A DNA stretch of 64,000 nucleotides from contig OZ024745.1 in the NCBI GenBank assembly GCA_964016885.1, positions 89,900,001-89,964,000 of the forward strand. The letters are read 5' to 3'. Under the pieces are notes generated by a model. That model worked only from the letters and a program-made list of their open reading frames with translations. It did not search any database and was not told the DNA's origin. The DNA is from Eledone cirrhosa. Lineage: Eukaryota. Shown one piece after another: positions 27,615-42,400 of the stretch. Positions within the stretch are counted from its first letter, which is position 1. Every line of letters starts with the position of its first letter. A program made the translations under genes and the position numbers.

Positions 27615-27620
<6 letters not shown>

Positions 27621-28159
27621 TAAAATAACAGATTAAAGTTTAAGCAAAGAATCGCTGCTTTCACCCTTAACGGGATCTTCTGAAACTAACAAAGTCAATC
27701 TGTAACCGCAGAACTGGATATTTCAAAAAACGTTGCAACCGGAGGAAGACAGGAAGACGATACTTTGGTTCATGGTGACGTTCGCTGGCAAAGAACGGGA
27801 AAAAACGAATAATACGTCATTAATAGGAGCGGTGAAAAACAATTACGTGCAAGGACAGAACCACGTTTATGGTATAAAAGAGGTCGTAGACTAATGTTCT
27901 CTAAGTGGTGCATAGAGACGTTCTCTGGCAATGAACGAAAAAACGAAGATAATAAGTCATATGTGGAGCGTGGAGAACAATAGCGTGCAAAGACAAAACC
28001 ACGTAAATGGTATAGCAGAAGTCGTAGACAAAAATTCTAACTTTGCTTAAACTTTAATCTGTTATTTTAATAAATATTTGCTCTTCGGTTCTTATATATT
28101 TGATATGTATTTTCCTTATCGAGCCCTCTCTGGATTTTAGTCTTCAATTTTATTATTAT

Positions 28160-28165
<6 letters not shown>
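27615..28165. mobile_element. family D pLTR, palindromic insertion
   Basis: Left arm (-) is homologous to 57170-57605 with HHR at 27628-27703; right arm (+) 28041-28165. Confidence 0.75.
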
Positions 28166-28189
<24 letters not shown>

Positions 28190-28192
<3 letters not shown>

Positions 28193-28450
28193 ACGGGAGG
28201 AAACATAATAGTACGACTGATGATGTCGCAGATGTGTGACGAAAGAACTTTGATAGACTATATATATATATTTATATCTGTATTTGTAACCTTTGGTTTA
28301 TAATGATAAACATTAATTGCCAAATGAATTAACTATGGAGATATAAAAGATAGAGAAGCGAAAACCAACCCAAACCAAATAGTGAGTGTGTTCTGTTATT
28401 ATTTTGGGAATATTATAACAATATGACCCTCCCCAAGTACAACAATATTT
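28190..28450 (+). mobile_element. family H fragment with HHR
   Basis: CTGATGA-T-GTCGCA gatg TGTGAC-GAAA-GAACTT at 28217-28250; PLE1-like 3' end. Confidence 0.65.
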
Positions 28451-28604
28451 CTTTATTATTACCCAAGTTTACGCGAAGTTAGACCATTATTCGCTTAACC
28501 TTGTGTAATTGAATAATTATATTGTTGTTTATTACACAATTAAATAGCTCTGTACTATAAATAGAGCACTCTTCTTTCCTTTACCTTTTCTACGGAAATA
28601 CTTA

Positions 28605-28633
<29 letters not shown>

Positions 28634-28638
<5 letters not shown>

Positions 28639-30879
28639 TTATAAACACACAGATACATGCGGACACACACATATATACATGAATGCATCCGCACCCAACT
28701 GTGAGTTAAGGGTGCCAACTTCACCGATGTTGCTCAATGAATGACTGGGACAGACCAATTCAGTTTGAACCAGACTGAACCAGTATCAGAGTTAAAAATA
28801 CATTATGAAGAGAGAAGAAACATTTAGATATAATTAGTAATAAAATGTATCATACCTAAACTGCTCCTAAATTCCTCAACTACGTAGTTTCGTGGCATAA
28901 ACAAAACGTCGTGTAGACGCGTTCTTGAGACTAGTAAAATGAGGTATCCTCTTGATAAGTCGGCAGACCTCGCAAGGACTCTATATCTTTCATATATTGT
29001 TTTTGTTTATGCCACGAAACTACGTAGTCGAGGAATTTAGGAGCAGTTTAGGTATGATACATTTTATTACTAATTATATCTAAATGTTTCTTCTCTCTTC
29101 ATAATGTATTTTTAACTCTGATACTGGTTCAGTCTGGTTCAAACTGAATTGGTCTGTCCCAGTCATTCATTGAGCAACATCGGTGAAGTTGGCACCCTTA
29201 ACTCACAGTTGGGTGCGGATGCATTCATGTATATATGTGTGTGTCCGCATGTATCTGTGTGTTTATAAATATATTAATAACTCCCTCTGGTCGAGCAATC
29301 TTTGAAGTGTGGGGACAACTGGAAAGCTTCCATTACTCATACTTCTCGCCTTCTTCACTACCTCTTCTGCGGCCTCGATATGAATACCCCCTCCGCCTCC
29401 GTGGTATTTTCTTCGTGGTTATAAGAGGCTTAGCTCTGTTTCTCGACCGTTATATCGCGTGACTATCTCCCCCTCCGCCTTTTGGGATTCTTTCTCACGT
29501 CGTGTAGACGCGTTCTTGAGACTAGTAAAATGAGGTATCCTCTTGATAAGTCGGCAGACCTCGCAAGGACTCTATATCTTTCATATATTGTTTTTGTTTA
29601 TGCCACGAAACTACGTAGTCGAGGAATTTAGGAGCAGTTTAGGTATGATACATTTTATTACTAATTATATCTAAATGTTTCTTCTCTCTTCATAATGTAT
29701 TTTTAACTCTGATACTGGTTCAGTCTGGTTCAAACTGAATTGGTCTGTCCCAGTCATTCATTGAGCAACATCGGTGAAGTTGGCACCCTTAACTCACAGT
29801 TGGGTGCGGATGCATTCATGTATATATGTGTGTGTCCGCATGTATCTGTGTGTTTATAAATATATTAATAACTCCCTCTGGTCGAGCAATCTTTGAAGTG
29901 TGGGGACAACTGGAAAGCTTCCATTACTCATACTTCTCGCCTTCTTCACTACCTCTTCTGCGGCCTCGATATGAATACCACCTCCGCCTCCGTGGTATTT
30001 TCTTCGTGGTTATAAGAGGCTTAGCTCTGTTTCTCGACCGTTATATCGCGTGACTATCTACCCCTCCGCCTTTTGGGATTCTTTCTCACGTCGTGTAGAC
30101 GCGTTCTTGAGACTAGTAAAATGAGGTATCCTCTTGATAAGTCGGCAGACCTCGCAAGGACTCTATATCTTTCATATATTGTTTTTGTTTATGCCACGAA
30201 ACTACGTAGTCGAGGAATTTAGGAGCAGTTTAGGTATGATACATTTTATTACTAATTATATCTAAATGTTTCTTCTCTCTTCATAATGTATTTTTAACTC
30301 TGATACTGGTTCAGTCTGGTTCAAACTGAATTGGTCTGTCCCAGTCATTCATTGAGCAACATCGGTGAAGTTGGCACCCTTAACTCACAGTTGGGTGCGG
30401 ATGCATTCATGTATATATGTGTGTGTCCGCATGTATCTGTGTGTTTATAAATATATTAATAACTCCCTCTGGTCGAGCAATCTTTGAAGTGTGGGGACAA
30501 CTGGAAAGCTTCCATTACTCATACTTCTCGCCTTCTTCACTACCTCTTCTGCGGCCTCGATATGAATACCCCCTCCGCCTCCGTGGTATTTTCTTCGTGG
30601 TTATAAGAGGCTTAGCTCTGTTTCTCGACCGTTATATCGCGTGACTATCTCCCCCTCCGCCTTTTGGGATTCTTTCTCACGTCGTGTAGACGCGTTCTTG
30701 AGACTAGTAAAATGAGGTATCCTCTTGATAAGTCGGCAGACCTCACAAGGACTCTATATCTTTGATATATTGTTTTTGTTTATGCCACGAAACTACGTAG
30801 TCGAGGAATTTAGGACCAGTTTAGGTATGATACATTTTATTACTAATTATATCTAAATGTTTCTTCTCTCTTCATAATG

Positions 30880-30882
<3 letters not shown>
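28634..30882 (+). repeat. 591-bp tandem array (3.3 units, 28907-30880) plus inverted arm 28634-28906; retrozyme-like family C
   Basis: exact 591 period; one HHR per unit at 28947, 29538, 30129, 30720; flanked by (TA)n. Confidence 0.9.
28947..29034 (+). ncRNA. hammerhead ribozyme with U3:A8 covariant core
   Basis: TCCTC-TTGATAA-GT(C)GGCA..TGCCAC-GAAA-CTACGTAG-TC-GAGGA; predicted cleavage after 29029. Confidence 0.75.
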
Positions 30883-30921
<39 letters not shown>

Positions 30922-30924
<3 letters not shown>

Positions 30925-31292
30925 GGATATTCACATACTGTATATATATAAGGTGAAATTGGAAATAGCACGGAAAATATATTTAAGGATCTGTTTTACT
31001 TTTATTTCCGTCTAAAAAAGAGTTTTATAACGTATATAAAATATATAAAATATATAATATATATAATATATATAATGTATATAATGTATATAATATATAT
31101 ATTATATAAAATATATAATATATATAATATATAACCGGTCTCGATGTATCAGAGAAATCCATCTTATCAAATGTTGAGTATTACAATTAAAAAGAATTAA
31201 CAATTAAAGATTTAAAATTAAGTGTTAAGACAAGTTAGCTCATCTTTCTTGTTTGGCAGACTGGATCTAAAATGGAATCTTCTATATAGAGA

Positions 31293-31383
<91 letters not shown>

Positions 31384-31403
31384 TGTGGAGGGGGTAGTGG
31401 CAC

Positions 31404-31445
<42 letters not shown>

Positions 31446-32274
31446 CAGTCGTGGAGGGGGTAGTGGTACTACTAGTAGTAGTGGTGGTGGTGGTGGTGGT
31501 AGTGGTTGTGTTTTGTCACACAGAACAAAATTACTTTAAGGGAGAGGGAGATCTTCTGTAAATATGTGTGTGTACCTCAATTGTGTTAATGGACTGGTCA
31601 AGAGTTCAGGTGGGTGGCGAGGGGGGGAAATGTAATCTAGAGACAAATTCTTTGAGTGAGATAGGTAAATAGGATTGACAAAAGTAGAGTTGAAAAAGAA
31701 ATTGTATTTTTGGAATATGGGTTTAGAGAGTATGAGTGTGTATGTGAGAGTCTATATATTAAAATACACACATGGAGTGTGTGCATGTGTGTGTGTGGAA
31801 GTGTAGTATGTGTGTGTGTAGGCCTCAGCCTATCTGCACAGGTCTTTGTGTGGTGGGAAATTAAAACAAAAACAGAACAAAGCATCAGTGATGGCTTTCC
31901 ATCAAGAATTTTAGGAAAGTATGTGTATGTGCAATTTCTTTCTTATTCGTGGTGTGTGTGTGTGTGTGTGTGTATGTGTGTGTGTGTGTGTGTGCGTGTG
32001 TCTTTGAGGGAGAGAGAGAGAGTGAGAGACTGAGAGGGAGAATCTAATGGGGGTGATTACATATTTAATTTTGGTTTAAATCTGTTAGTAAATATTTTTT
32101 TTCATTTATTCTTTGTTGTCTGAAAGAATCCGAGCACCTATAAAGGGGGCACGATTTTTAAGTTGGGTAGGGTGGACATTCTGCAATGTGGCTACTTAAA
32201 GGGATATCTTTTGCGTTTACGCCATATTATATATATATATATAATATGGCGTAAACAAAAAATATCCCTTTAAG

Positions 32275-32278
<4 letters not shown>
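30922..32278 (-). mobile_element. ~1.3 kb non-coding dispersed element, family J (contains (TAG)n and (GT)n); second copy at 43895-45222(+)
   Basis: two homologous copies in opposite orientation; HHR-like TTGATAA-GATG..CATC-GAGA-CCGG-T at 31129-31175(-) and 44946-44996(+). Confidence 0.75.
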
Positions 32279-32320
<42 letters not shown>

Positions 32321-32479
32321 CAGAGGTTTCATTTAATTTGTTGGGATTCAACAAGCTTAACAACTTTTAATAAAATAATGTATACTAGATTTTATTTAAT
32401 GTAAAATACTATATATTTATTTAAATAATTTATAATCCTTAACATACACATTTCAACCAATATATTATTACTAATATAC

Positions 32480-32672
32480 TTAATTGTTTCTACTTTTGGC
32501 ACAAGGCCAGCAATTACCCAGTGTATTACTGGTACTTTATTTTATCGACCCCATAAGGATGAAAGGCAAAGTTAACCTCGGCGGGATTTGAACTCAGAAT
32601 GGCAAGGGCCGTAACTCTATGCGTCAAAGAATGGCGTCCGACCCTCTACCGATACTGCCAATCCACTGGCCA
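32480..32672 (-). mobile_element. tRNA-derived SINE
   Basis: reverse complement of the 52012-52185 family, with A/B boxes. Confidence 0.75.
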
Positions 32673-34014
32673 TTATTACTAATATACTTAATATAATATA
32701 ATTATTAATATTAAATTATTAAATTAAATCTTTAATATTAAGGCAAATTTTGATCTTTAATTTTGATTTCTAATTTTTAATTTTAATCTAATTTTTCAAC
32801 CTATCATTATAAGTATTATATTCAAAACGTAATGAACCATGCATTATAAACTAGACATGAAAAATGCGCAAGCTCAAAAGTGCCACAGAATGTTATAATA
32901 AACCTTCAAAAGTGTGGGAGTAGAGTTGTTGCTAAAAAATATTGTAATCATTATATATCGTAGATTCTGTGGCATCCTTTTAATATAAACAACTACAAAA
33001 AACAATCAATATTAAATCAATATATTATACATAATAGAAAACATAAAATAAACAATACAAAAACAAAATATTTACATACAATTGCAATTATCAGTGTATA
33101 TACATTTTCTTTATATTCCCTGAGCAAATTAATAAGATTTGTTTTTATTATACATAATTTGATGACTTGTTGGAGTGTATTAAAAGATAGCAACAATTTG
33201 TGATTAAATTGTTATCTTAAGCAACTCACTTTTTAATAGTTGTTGGCTGAGCGAAATTGTAAAAGCCTATGAGCAAATATAAAAAAAATACACAAACAAC
33301 ATTTCCTTGTGTTATTACAACATTAGATAAAATAATTGAGCAATGTCGTTATATTTTGGTCTTATTGCACATTAATAGTGTTTCTATTTTTCGGCACAAA
33401 TCCATTACGGCAGTCCATTACTGGTACTTTATTTTATCGAATTAGTAAGTATGAAAGTCGAAGTTAACCTCGGCAGGATTTGAACTTAGAATGCAAAGGA
33501 CCATAACAATACTGCAAAGCATGGTGTCTGACGCTCTACCAATACTTGTGTTGAGCTGGTCATTAATTTATGGTGGTCGTGCGTGGAGTAGAGCAATCGC
33601 TAGTTGAAATATTATGAACAAAACATTTTTATTTGCCGAAGAACATATTTTCAATACTGTTTGTGAATGTGACGAAGGAAATACATTCTGATATGGAACA
33701 GTGTACAAAGTGTGTCTGTGAATAACATAATGTTACCTCATGTTGTTGTCAAGACATAATGGATTTCGTATATCCAGTTAGAAGATGAAACCTAGCCATC
33801 TCGGATTAGTTATATTTCATGCCATGTGTAAACGTGTTTGAGGATAGCAAAATATGCGTGTTTCTTGTCTGATAACTTTCTGCTAAACTGATTGGTTTCG
33901 TTTTTGGCACTATACAATACTCATCCAACAGATAGCTGTATTGGATCCTTGATTGGTTAATATTTAGGTGAGGGTGCTTGATGCAGAGTTAGTGCAAAAT
34001 GGATCAATGAGTGT

Positions 34015-34668
34015 AATAATAATAATGATAATAATAATGAAAATATTGTGTACAATGCTGAGGTGCACTACAACTCATCAAAAGTGCATATATAATACAT
34101 AGGGTAATATAAAAACGTCATGAAAAAAGAACAGTGCATGAGTCATGATATACACATATGTGCATGTGTATGGAAGGGGGACATCAGGTGTAGTTTTGGT
34201 GTATTTCGGAATGTATGATGGTTTTAAAGGATGCAGTGTGTCATCAGCTAACAACTGATGCAGGAAGTTTGTTCCATCCTTCAGCAACTCTGAGCATGAA
34301 GAAATATTTCCTAAAGTCATGGGAGCTGTGTTGTTTTCTGACTTTGTAGGCATGTCCACGTGTTAGACACATGGAGATCAAAAAGGTGTTCGGGGTTGTT
34401 GTTGGTCGGATGGTTAATAACTTTGTGGGTGTTTACCAAGTCCATTGCCAGAGGGAAGCAAAATATTCAGGGTATGGTAGGTGTCTGATGGAGGGTATGC
34501 GCTTGGTTGCATGTCTCTGAACAGTTTCCAGGAGGTCAATGTTCTGAGCAAGATAGGGGTTCCAGACTGATGACGCGAACTCCAAGTGTATTCGTACCAT
34601 AGATGTATACAGCTTTAAATAGATGGCTGGAGAGCAGCTAATGAAGGTCTTGCTGATTGATGCCAAGT
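34015..34668 (-). mobile_element. CR1-group LINE 3' fragment
   Basis: LYTSMVRIHLEFASSVWNPY..LLETVQRHATKRI; (ATT)n tail at ~34015-34040. Confidence 0.75.
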
Positions 34669-34878
34669 CAATCTTAATAAATTGACTGATTTATCTGTTC
34701 ACTACTGCTAATCCACCGCTGTTTGTACAATTTTTTAGATAATGTCAATTTGAGCTTGAATCATTGGCGTAATGAAATTTGAAAAGATTATAAGCAAATC
34801 TTTTTTAAAATACACAGACAACATTTAACTGTATCGTTGCAACATTAGATCTAATAATGGAGCAACATTTGTGCAGAA

Positions 34879-35343
34879 TTATTGTTTGTGCAATAAGATA
34901 TTTGCAGATCTGTACTTGGTCTGCTCTTTAGCCAACTCGGTACGTTTAGAAGCTCTACGCTCGGCTTGCTTTTGAGATATAATAGCTGAATTTGCAGATC
35001 TATACTTGGCCTGCTTGTTTGCCAACTCATACCGTTTTGAACATCTATACTTGGCCTGTTTTTGTGTTAATTTAGCAAAATTCACAGCTCTATAATCGGC
35101 CTGTTTTTGTCTTAACTTCTCCCGATTCCGCATCCGGTAAGCTGCTTTCACATCCAATTTAATACGCCCATCTAGATTATTAGCACAGAAATGTGAACAA
35201 GCTTGTGGGACCGCATCATTGTAAGTATATGAACTGCCTGCAACATCAAGACCCAATTCACAAGTGCAGCGTTGCTCATTCACATCGGCAGTGGGGACAC
35301 CAAGATCAGTGACAGGTCTCGATTCACTCGCGAGATACATCAC
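34879..35343 (-). other. ORF fragment with five 15-aa basic repeats (..KQAKYR..), possibly a Helitron RepHel N-terminal region
   Basis: REKLRQKQADYRAVN/FAKLTQKQAKYRCSK/RYELANKQAKYRSAN..; family assignment is inference. Confidence 0.35.
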
Positions 35344-35369
35344 AGCTACACTATATATTTAAACATATA

Positions 35370-35435
35370 TACAGTGATACCTCGCTACTTGGCGGTTCAA
35401 CTATCGCGGATTCACGATTTCGCGCATTTTTAGAA
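35370..35435 (+). mobile_element. pogo/Tigger-like terminal inverted repeat remnant
   Basis: TA|CAGTGATACCTCG..; no partner TIR seen. Confidence 0.35.
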
Positions 35436-35856
35436 TATATATATGAACACCTAAAATTTTTCATTAAATCCATTAAAATATTAATAATAAACACAGTTCT
35501 AATCATACGCTATATATATATATATAAATATAAGTAATTAATACCGTATAAATGGTACAAAGACTGTTTATGTAAAATGTATTTCTCAACAGAGTATTGA
35601 ATACTTAGGCGAAATTCAAAACGAAGAGTGATAAAATTTCAAGCAAAGAGTTTAATTAGGTAATGACTTACAAATTTGTTTCAGTATATAGACAAAGCCT
35701 GAAGCGCTAATTATAATAATTAGTTAATAATATTACAAAATATATTAATATTATATTAAATATATACTGAAACAAATTTGTAAGTCATTACCTAATTAAA
35801 CTCTTTGCTTGAAATGTTATCATTCTTCGTTTATATATATATATATATATATATAT

Positions 35857-36997
35857 ATTTGGGGAGGGTCATATTTGCGTAATATTGCCAGAATTAATAA
35901 CAGAACACACTCACTGTTTGGTTGGTTTTCGCTTCTCGCTGTCTTTTATATATATATATCTGCGATCTAACTTACTCGGTCCTCAATGTTGCCATTGACT
36001 GACCGGCGGTCAAAAATAATACAGATACAATATAGACAAACACATATATATATAGTTTACATAAATCTTTCGTTGCACATCTGCAACATCGTCAGTGGTG
36101 TTATATTCATTGTTCCTCCTGTTGTGTTGTATGTCTACGCCATTTTTTTTGTTCAGTCTGTCTATATATTTATTTATTTATTTGCTTGTTTGTTTATCTT
36201 ATTTTATTTTGTCTTCTTTGCGCATGCGTTTGCGTGTGTGTATAGTGTTATGTGTGATGTGTGACTAGTGTGTATAGTGTTGTGTCTGCTGGGTGACTAG
36301 TGTGTGTTTATGTGCTTGTGTATGTATTTATTTATCTTATTTTATTTTATTTAATTTACTTATTTATTTATACTTCTCTTAGGTCAGTGTTGTTTGTTTG
36401 GGTGTTGTTGTTTATAGTATAAATAAATAAGTAAATTAAATTAAATTAAATAAGATAAATAAATACATACACAAGCACATAAACACACACTAGTCACCCA
36501 GCAGACACAACACTATACACACTAGTCACACATCACACATAACACTATACACACACGCAAACGCATGCGCAAAGAAGACAAAATAAAATAAGATAAACAA
36601 ACAAGCAAATAAATAAATAAATATATAGACAGACTGAACAAAAAAAATGGCGTAGACATACAACACAACAGGAGGAACAATGAATATAACACCACTGACG
36701 ATGTTGCAGATGTGCAACGAAAGATTTATGTAAACTATATATATATGTGTTTGTCTATATTGTATCTGTATTATTTTTGACCGCCGGTCAGTCAATGGCA
36801 ACATTGAGGACCGAGTAAGTTAGATCGCAGATATATATATATAAAAGACAGCGAGAAGCGAAAACCAACCAAACAGTGAGTGTGTTCTGTTATTAATTCT
36901 GGCAATATTACGCAAATATGACCCTCCCCAAATATAACAATATCTGTTTCGACACACGATTTCATATAAAAAACCTCGCAAAACTAATTCATCGCCG

Positions 36998-37000
<3 letters not shown>
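35857..37000. mobile_element. family H, near-perfect ~1.1 kb palindrome
   Basis: 35857-36375 mirrors 36415-36933 (identical ORFs on both strands); HHR cores at ~36055-36100(-) and 36690-36735(+); (TA)n on both sides. Confidence 0.85.
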
Positions 37001-37386
<386 letters not shown>

Positions 37387-38720
37387 TCTAGTCCTTCGCT
37401 CAAGATTAATCTATAAGTTTAGATGTCTGCCTTCGTTTAAGTAAATATTACAGTAAGATTTTTAATATAAACAACTACAAAAAACAATTAATATTAAAAC
37501 GAAAAAATTATCAATGATAAAAGAAGCGGATGCAACTTTTTTTTTTATAAAGTTATATTCCTGTTTCTTTAAAGAACATTTCATTTTTGTTCTATTGTAG
37601 GCGAAATAATGCAATGGTTTAATAGGGAAGATATAACTTACCAATTATGTCTCTAACCGTGTAACGCTTTTTAAGTAGATAACTATAATTGAAAATACTA
37701 AAGAAATGGAACCAACAATTCAATTTGAAAGTCGTCTACTTATAGTGACAGTGTATTACTGGTACTTTATTTTATCGACCCCGTAACGATGAAAGGCAAA
37801 AATGCAAATGCTTAAAATTTAAATTGCCTTAATTCTATCGTCTGCTGTTTCATTAAAGGGAGATTCTCGTCTGTATTTAATTCTATCGTCTACTGTTCCA
37901 CTAAACAGATATACCTCCACTATCGTCTCTATTTATACATTTTAACTTATAACTTATACACATTTGATTTGAAATATTTTATCTAGTCCCCCCTCTCAAT
38001 ATTATGATGATTTCTTTCGAATGAAACAGTTCTAGTCCTGTAGAAGCCATTTATATATATAATTGAACTGAGTTAAAAATTCACAATATTTATAATTAAA
38101 TAAGCTCATATATATATGTGTGTATTTATCTGTTTATTGTATTATATATAATGTGTGTATATACAGGATGTCCCCCCAAAAATATATACACACTTCAACA
38201 GCATTCTAATAACTATTGCCTGTACAGGTAATCAAAGTGTCAATCGAATGTTAGTTTCGTGTTTTAACAGTACAAATTTACAATACACACATAAAACCAG
38301 TGTATATACATACACAAGTGTGTATACACATACATGAATGTGTATATACAATATATATGTATATATATATAGACACATATATTCACGGTGCAACGGAACA
38401 TTAAAATATAGATGCGGGAGGGGGGGGGGGTATATATAGGGGCGCTGGGGATAAAGGAGTGTAAAGCGTGTGTAATTGATATATTGAAGGAGAGGAGCGT
38501 GCAGCGATAGAGTAACAAATATATAGAGAGGGGGAGAGATGGTATTGAAGGGGAGGAGTGCAAAGCGAAAGAGTAAGAGAGATATATATAGAGACGGAAC
38601 AGATAGAGAGAAACAGGCGTAAGTAACAGTGGAAGAGATATATAGAGAGGGGGAAACGTGTTATTGAAGGGGAGGAGTGTAAAGCGAAAGCCTAAGATAT
38701 ATATAGAGAGAGGGGGAATA

Positions 38721-38754
<34 letters not shown>

Positions 38755-38756
<2 letters not shown>

Positions 38757-39400
38757 ACACTTACTCTGATTGGTTGAAAATTAGCCAATGACATACGATC
38801 ACCACCACCACGGCTATCCCCGGAAAATTTATGAAGAAGTTAGGCATATATGTTAGAACACGAAAAGTGAACATTCTGTTGTTTCACACTTTTCGTGTTC
38901 TAACAGATATTATTCTTCCACCTTAATCTTATTTCTTCTTTCACTTAGATATACTTACGCTGTGTATATTTCTCCTTTAAAACTTATTTCTTCTTTAACT
39001 CCATCTTGACTATCAATATGTATAATCGTTCTTTCTAACCTCTTCTATCTTTCTCCTTTCTTTTTTCTTTTTTTCTTTTTTGTTCTCTCTCCCTTACTTT
39101 TCATCTTCTTCCAACAGTTTAATTTAAATAAACCGTTATCTTTTCAACCTTTCGGACACCCGTTTGCATACTCACTCATAACTTTGTATTACCCTCAATA
39201 AATGTACTATCTTCACTATCCAGGAAGCTCCAACCGTTAAGGTTGTCTTTTTTCCGGGTATGTCAATATTTATTTATAAAACAAATCTGTATTTTATCTG
39301 ATGAAAGCGCACCATATTTTGCCTTGGTTGCCCTTGAAATATGTATAATAAAATAAATATGGTTTTATAAATATTATTTCCATTTATTAATATATTGTAT
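38755..39400 (+). mobile_element. family B pLTR with inversion junction
   Basis: hairpin tgttagaacacgaaaagtg/cacttttcgtgttctaaca (38851-38905); homology to 11810-12070; HHR at 39290-39356. Confidence 0.65.
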
Positions 39401-39414
39401 ATATATATATATAT

Positions 39415-42400
39415 AAATTACACAATTATCAAAGTTATGTTCAAATCATTTAATTGGTGACAATCTTTTCTCCCAAACTTTAGTTTGGAATCATTGGAGC
39501 ATTATCAATGTTTGTAGATATCATTAACCTCCTATTCAAATGAACAATCATATAGATACATATATATTGATATTGTGAAGAAAAGTTTCGTATTTACAGG
39601 GTGGAATGGATGCGAAATATATTATACGAGAACTGTACAAAAATTCAAATTAAAAGCACAGAGTGGAATACATGCGACAGATAATACAAGGGAATAGCCT
39701 GATAATTAAAGAGGCATTGAGAAAGAATGAGGACACTAGCAGTACATATGCAAGCGTGTAGAAAGTGCACATGCGTTAGTCATATATATATGCGAAGGAA
39801 ACAAGCAAAGGTATTAGGCATATATAAATAAATAAATAAATTAATACTGTATAGCAAAGGTATCACACAAAATACCAAGCAAATGTGTTAGTGTATTAAC
39901 ACTTTATGGCGAATGTAATGTGATGATAGTGTTCAAATTTCTGTGTGTTGAGAAATTCAAAGTTATTGTTGTTTTTTCCATTACATATGTTAAATTATAT
40001 TTTAGTTAATGTTTATATTGAATGTTTTTAGTTAGTTACAGCAATGGATTGTAAATTGGTCATATTGTATTCTTATTCATGGATTAGAGTTGTTCAACAG
40101 GTAGTTTTTCTAACGGTTTAATTTCTGGAAGTGAGTATGAGATCCAAGATTAAGGGGAGCTAATGCGTAAAGGGAGGTAACTAGCTAATTAAATTAAATT
40201 AAAATATATAGGAAAGTATCAATTTTTAAATTCTTTGCTCTAATACACATTATATTGTGATACAAGTGAATCTCTTTTACATAATGTTATATATTTATAC
40301 TTAATTTTAATACAGTCTATTTTCCTATAATATATTAAAAGTCTCATTAGATTGTTATTTATCCATTACTGGGCAAGATATAAGTTATGGAAATATGTAT
40401 AGCTGGTTACATGTCCAATTAGTTAAATTTATTTGTGCAATAATATACATTATATTGTGTTAAAAGTTAATCCCTTATATACAATGCTATTAATTTCATT
40501 ATAAATGTATATATAATTTATTATTACATATTACATTAAATGTCTCTACATATTATATATCCATTACTGTATATAATATAAGTAATCTATAGTAGTTATA
40601 TTAAAAGGTGGTAACTTTATGTTTATTTCTAATAGTTCTTGTAGAGTATAAGGTTAGAGATAAATAGGAGTTGTGTAGAGGAAAGATCTGATGAAAGAGT
40701 GTGTTGCTGTGGGGGCTGATAAGTCCTAGAGGTGAAGTGTTAATGGTGGTGAGGAATTCAAATCTCACATTGTTATATACTAGCAGCTAGTTTGAAAGCT
40801 ATGGAACGAGTGTCGGTAGCGGTGCTGGCATGAGGAAAACCTCTCTGATTTTTTATTTAAGAGGTCTAGTTTCAAAAGTATTATACTACGGGTCCCTAGA
40901 AGATAGAAGTTACACAATTTATTCGGTGGTTTATATGATGTGGCCCTACCTACTACTTTCCATTGAAGTGTATATTGTCTATTCCTAGTTTTCAGAGAGT
41001 GTATGTAGCTAGATAAAGAAGTGGAGTTGGCTAGATTGTGTTTTTTGAATGAGTGGAGGTGCGAGTTGTATCACGTCTTGAAGCAGTTCGAAGTAGAGCC
41101 AATATATGTTTTACAAGAGTTGTTTGCGTTCACCGTTCATGAGTAAATGATGTCTTTGATTAAGCAATTATTACCTAAGGGGCAAGTTCTATTAGTTCTA
41201 TAGTTACATTTATTCTGGATGTTTGCTTGCCGGTTACTATGTTGTGTAGAAGTCTGGTTGCTAGGGATAGCATTAGGGTAATGATGGTTGTCATTCCTAT
41301 TGTTATTGATTTCATTAGTGCTATTACCATTATTACTATTACTACTAGGATTTACAGGTACTAAATTTACCTCCTGTTGTGTTTTAATTAGTTGGAAATA
41401 ATAATTAATCTTCCTTTTATTACTACTAGCTATATGGTACGCGATGTTAGGTGTGGTAGAATGAGAGATTTTAATGGTATTTTTATTGATAAGATTATGG
41501 TATGATTATGGCCGGATTGGAAATGTTTTTCCAGGATTGAGAAGAAAGCCTTACGTAAAGCCTTAGATTGAAAGGGGGATTGAATACACAACATAGTAAC
41601 CGGCAAGCAAACATCCAGAATAAATGTAACTATAGAACTAATAGAACTTGCTCATTGGGTAATAATTGCTTAATCAAAGACATCATTTACTCATGAACGG
41701 TGAACGCAAACAACTCTTCTAAAACATATATTGGCTCTACTTCGAACTGCTTCTAGACGAGATACAACTCGAACCTCCACTCTTTCAAAAAACACAATCT
41801 AGCCAACTCCACTTCTTTATCTAGCTACATACACTCTCTGTAAACTAGGAATAGACCATATACACTTCAATGTGAAGTAGTATGTAGGGCCACATCGTAT
41901 AAACCACCGAATAAATTGTGTAACCTTTGTCTTCTAGAGACCCGTACTATAATCTTTTCGAAACTAGACCTACTAAATAGAAAATCTGAGGTGTTTTTCT
42001 CATGCCAGAACCACTACCGATACTCGTTCCATAGCTTTAAACCTAGCTGCTAGTATATAACAATGTGAGATTTGAATTCCTCACCACCATTAACACTTCA
42101 CCTCTAGGACTTATCAGCCCCCACAGCAACACACTCTTTCATCAGCTCTTTCCTCTACACAACTCCTATTTACCTCTAACCTTATACTCTACAAGAACTA
42201 TTAGAAATAAACATAAAGTTACCACCTTTTAATATAACTACTATAGATTACTTATATTATATACAGTAATGGATATATACTATGTAGAGACATTTAATGT
42301 AATATGTAATAATAAATTATATATACATTTATAATGAAATTAATATATAATGGATTAACTTTTAACACAATATAATGTATATTATTACACAAATAAATTT

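Noticed and set aside
29235-30644. Three near-identical 75-aa ORFs
   Set aside because: By-product of the 591-bp repeat; no recognisable domain and no ORF conserved in the diverged relative at 19062-19920.
38160-38200. Tc1/mariner-like TIR (TA|CAGGATGTCCC)
   Set aside because: No partner TIR or transposase remnant was identified.
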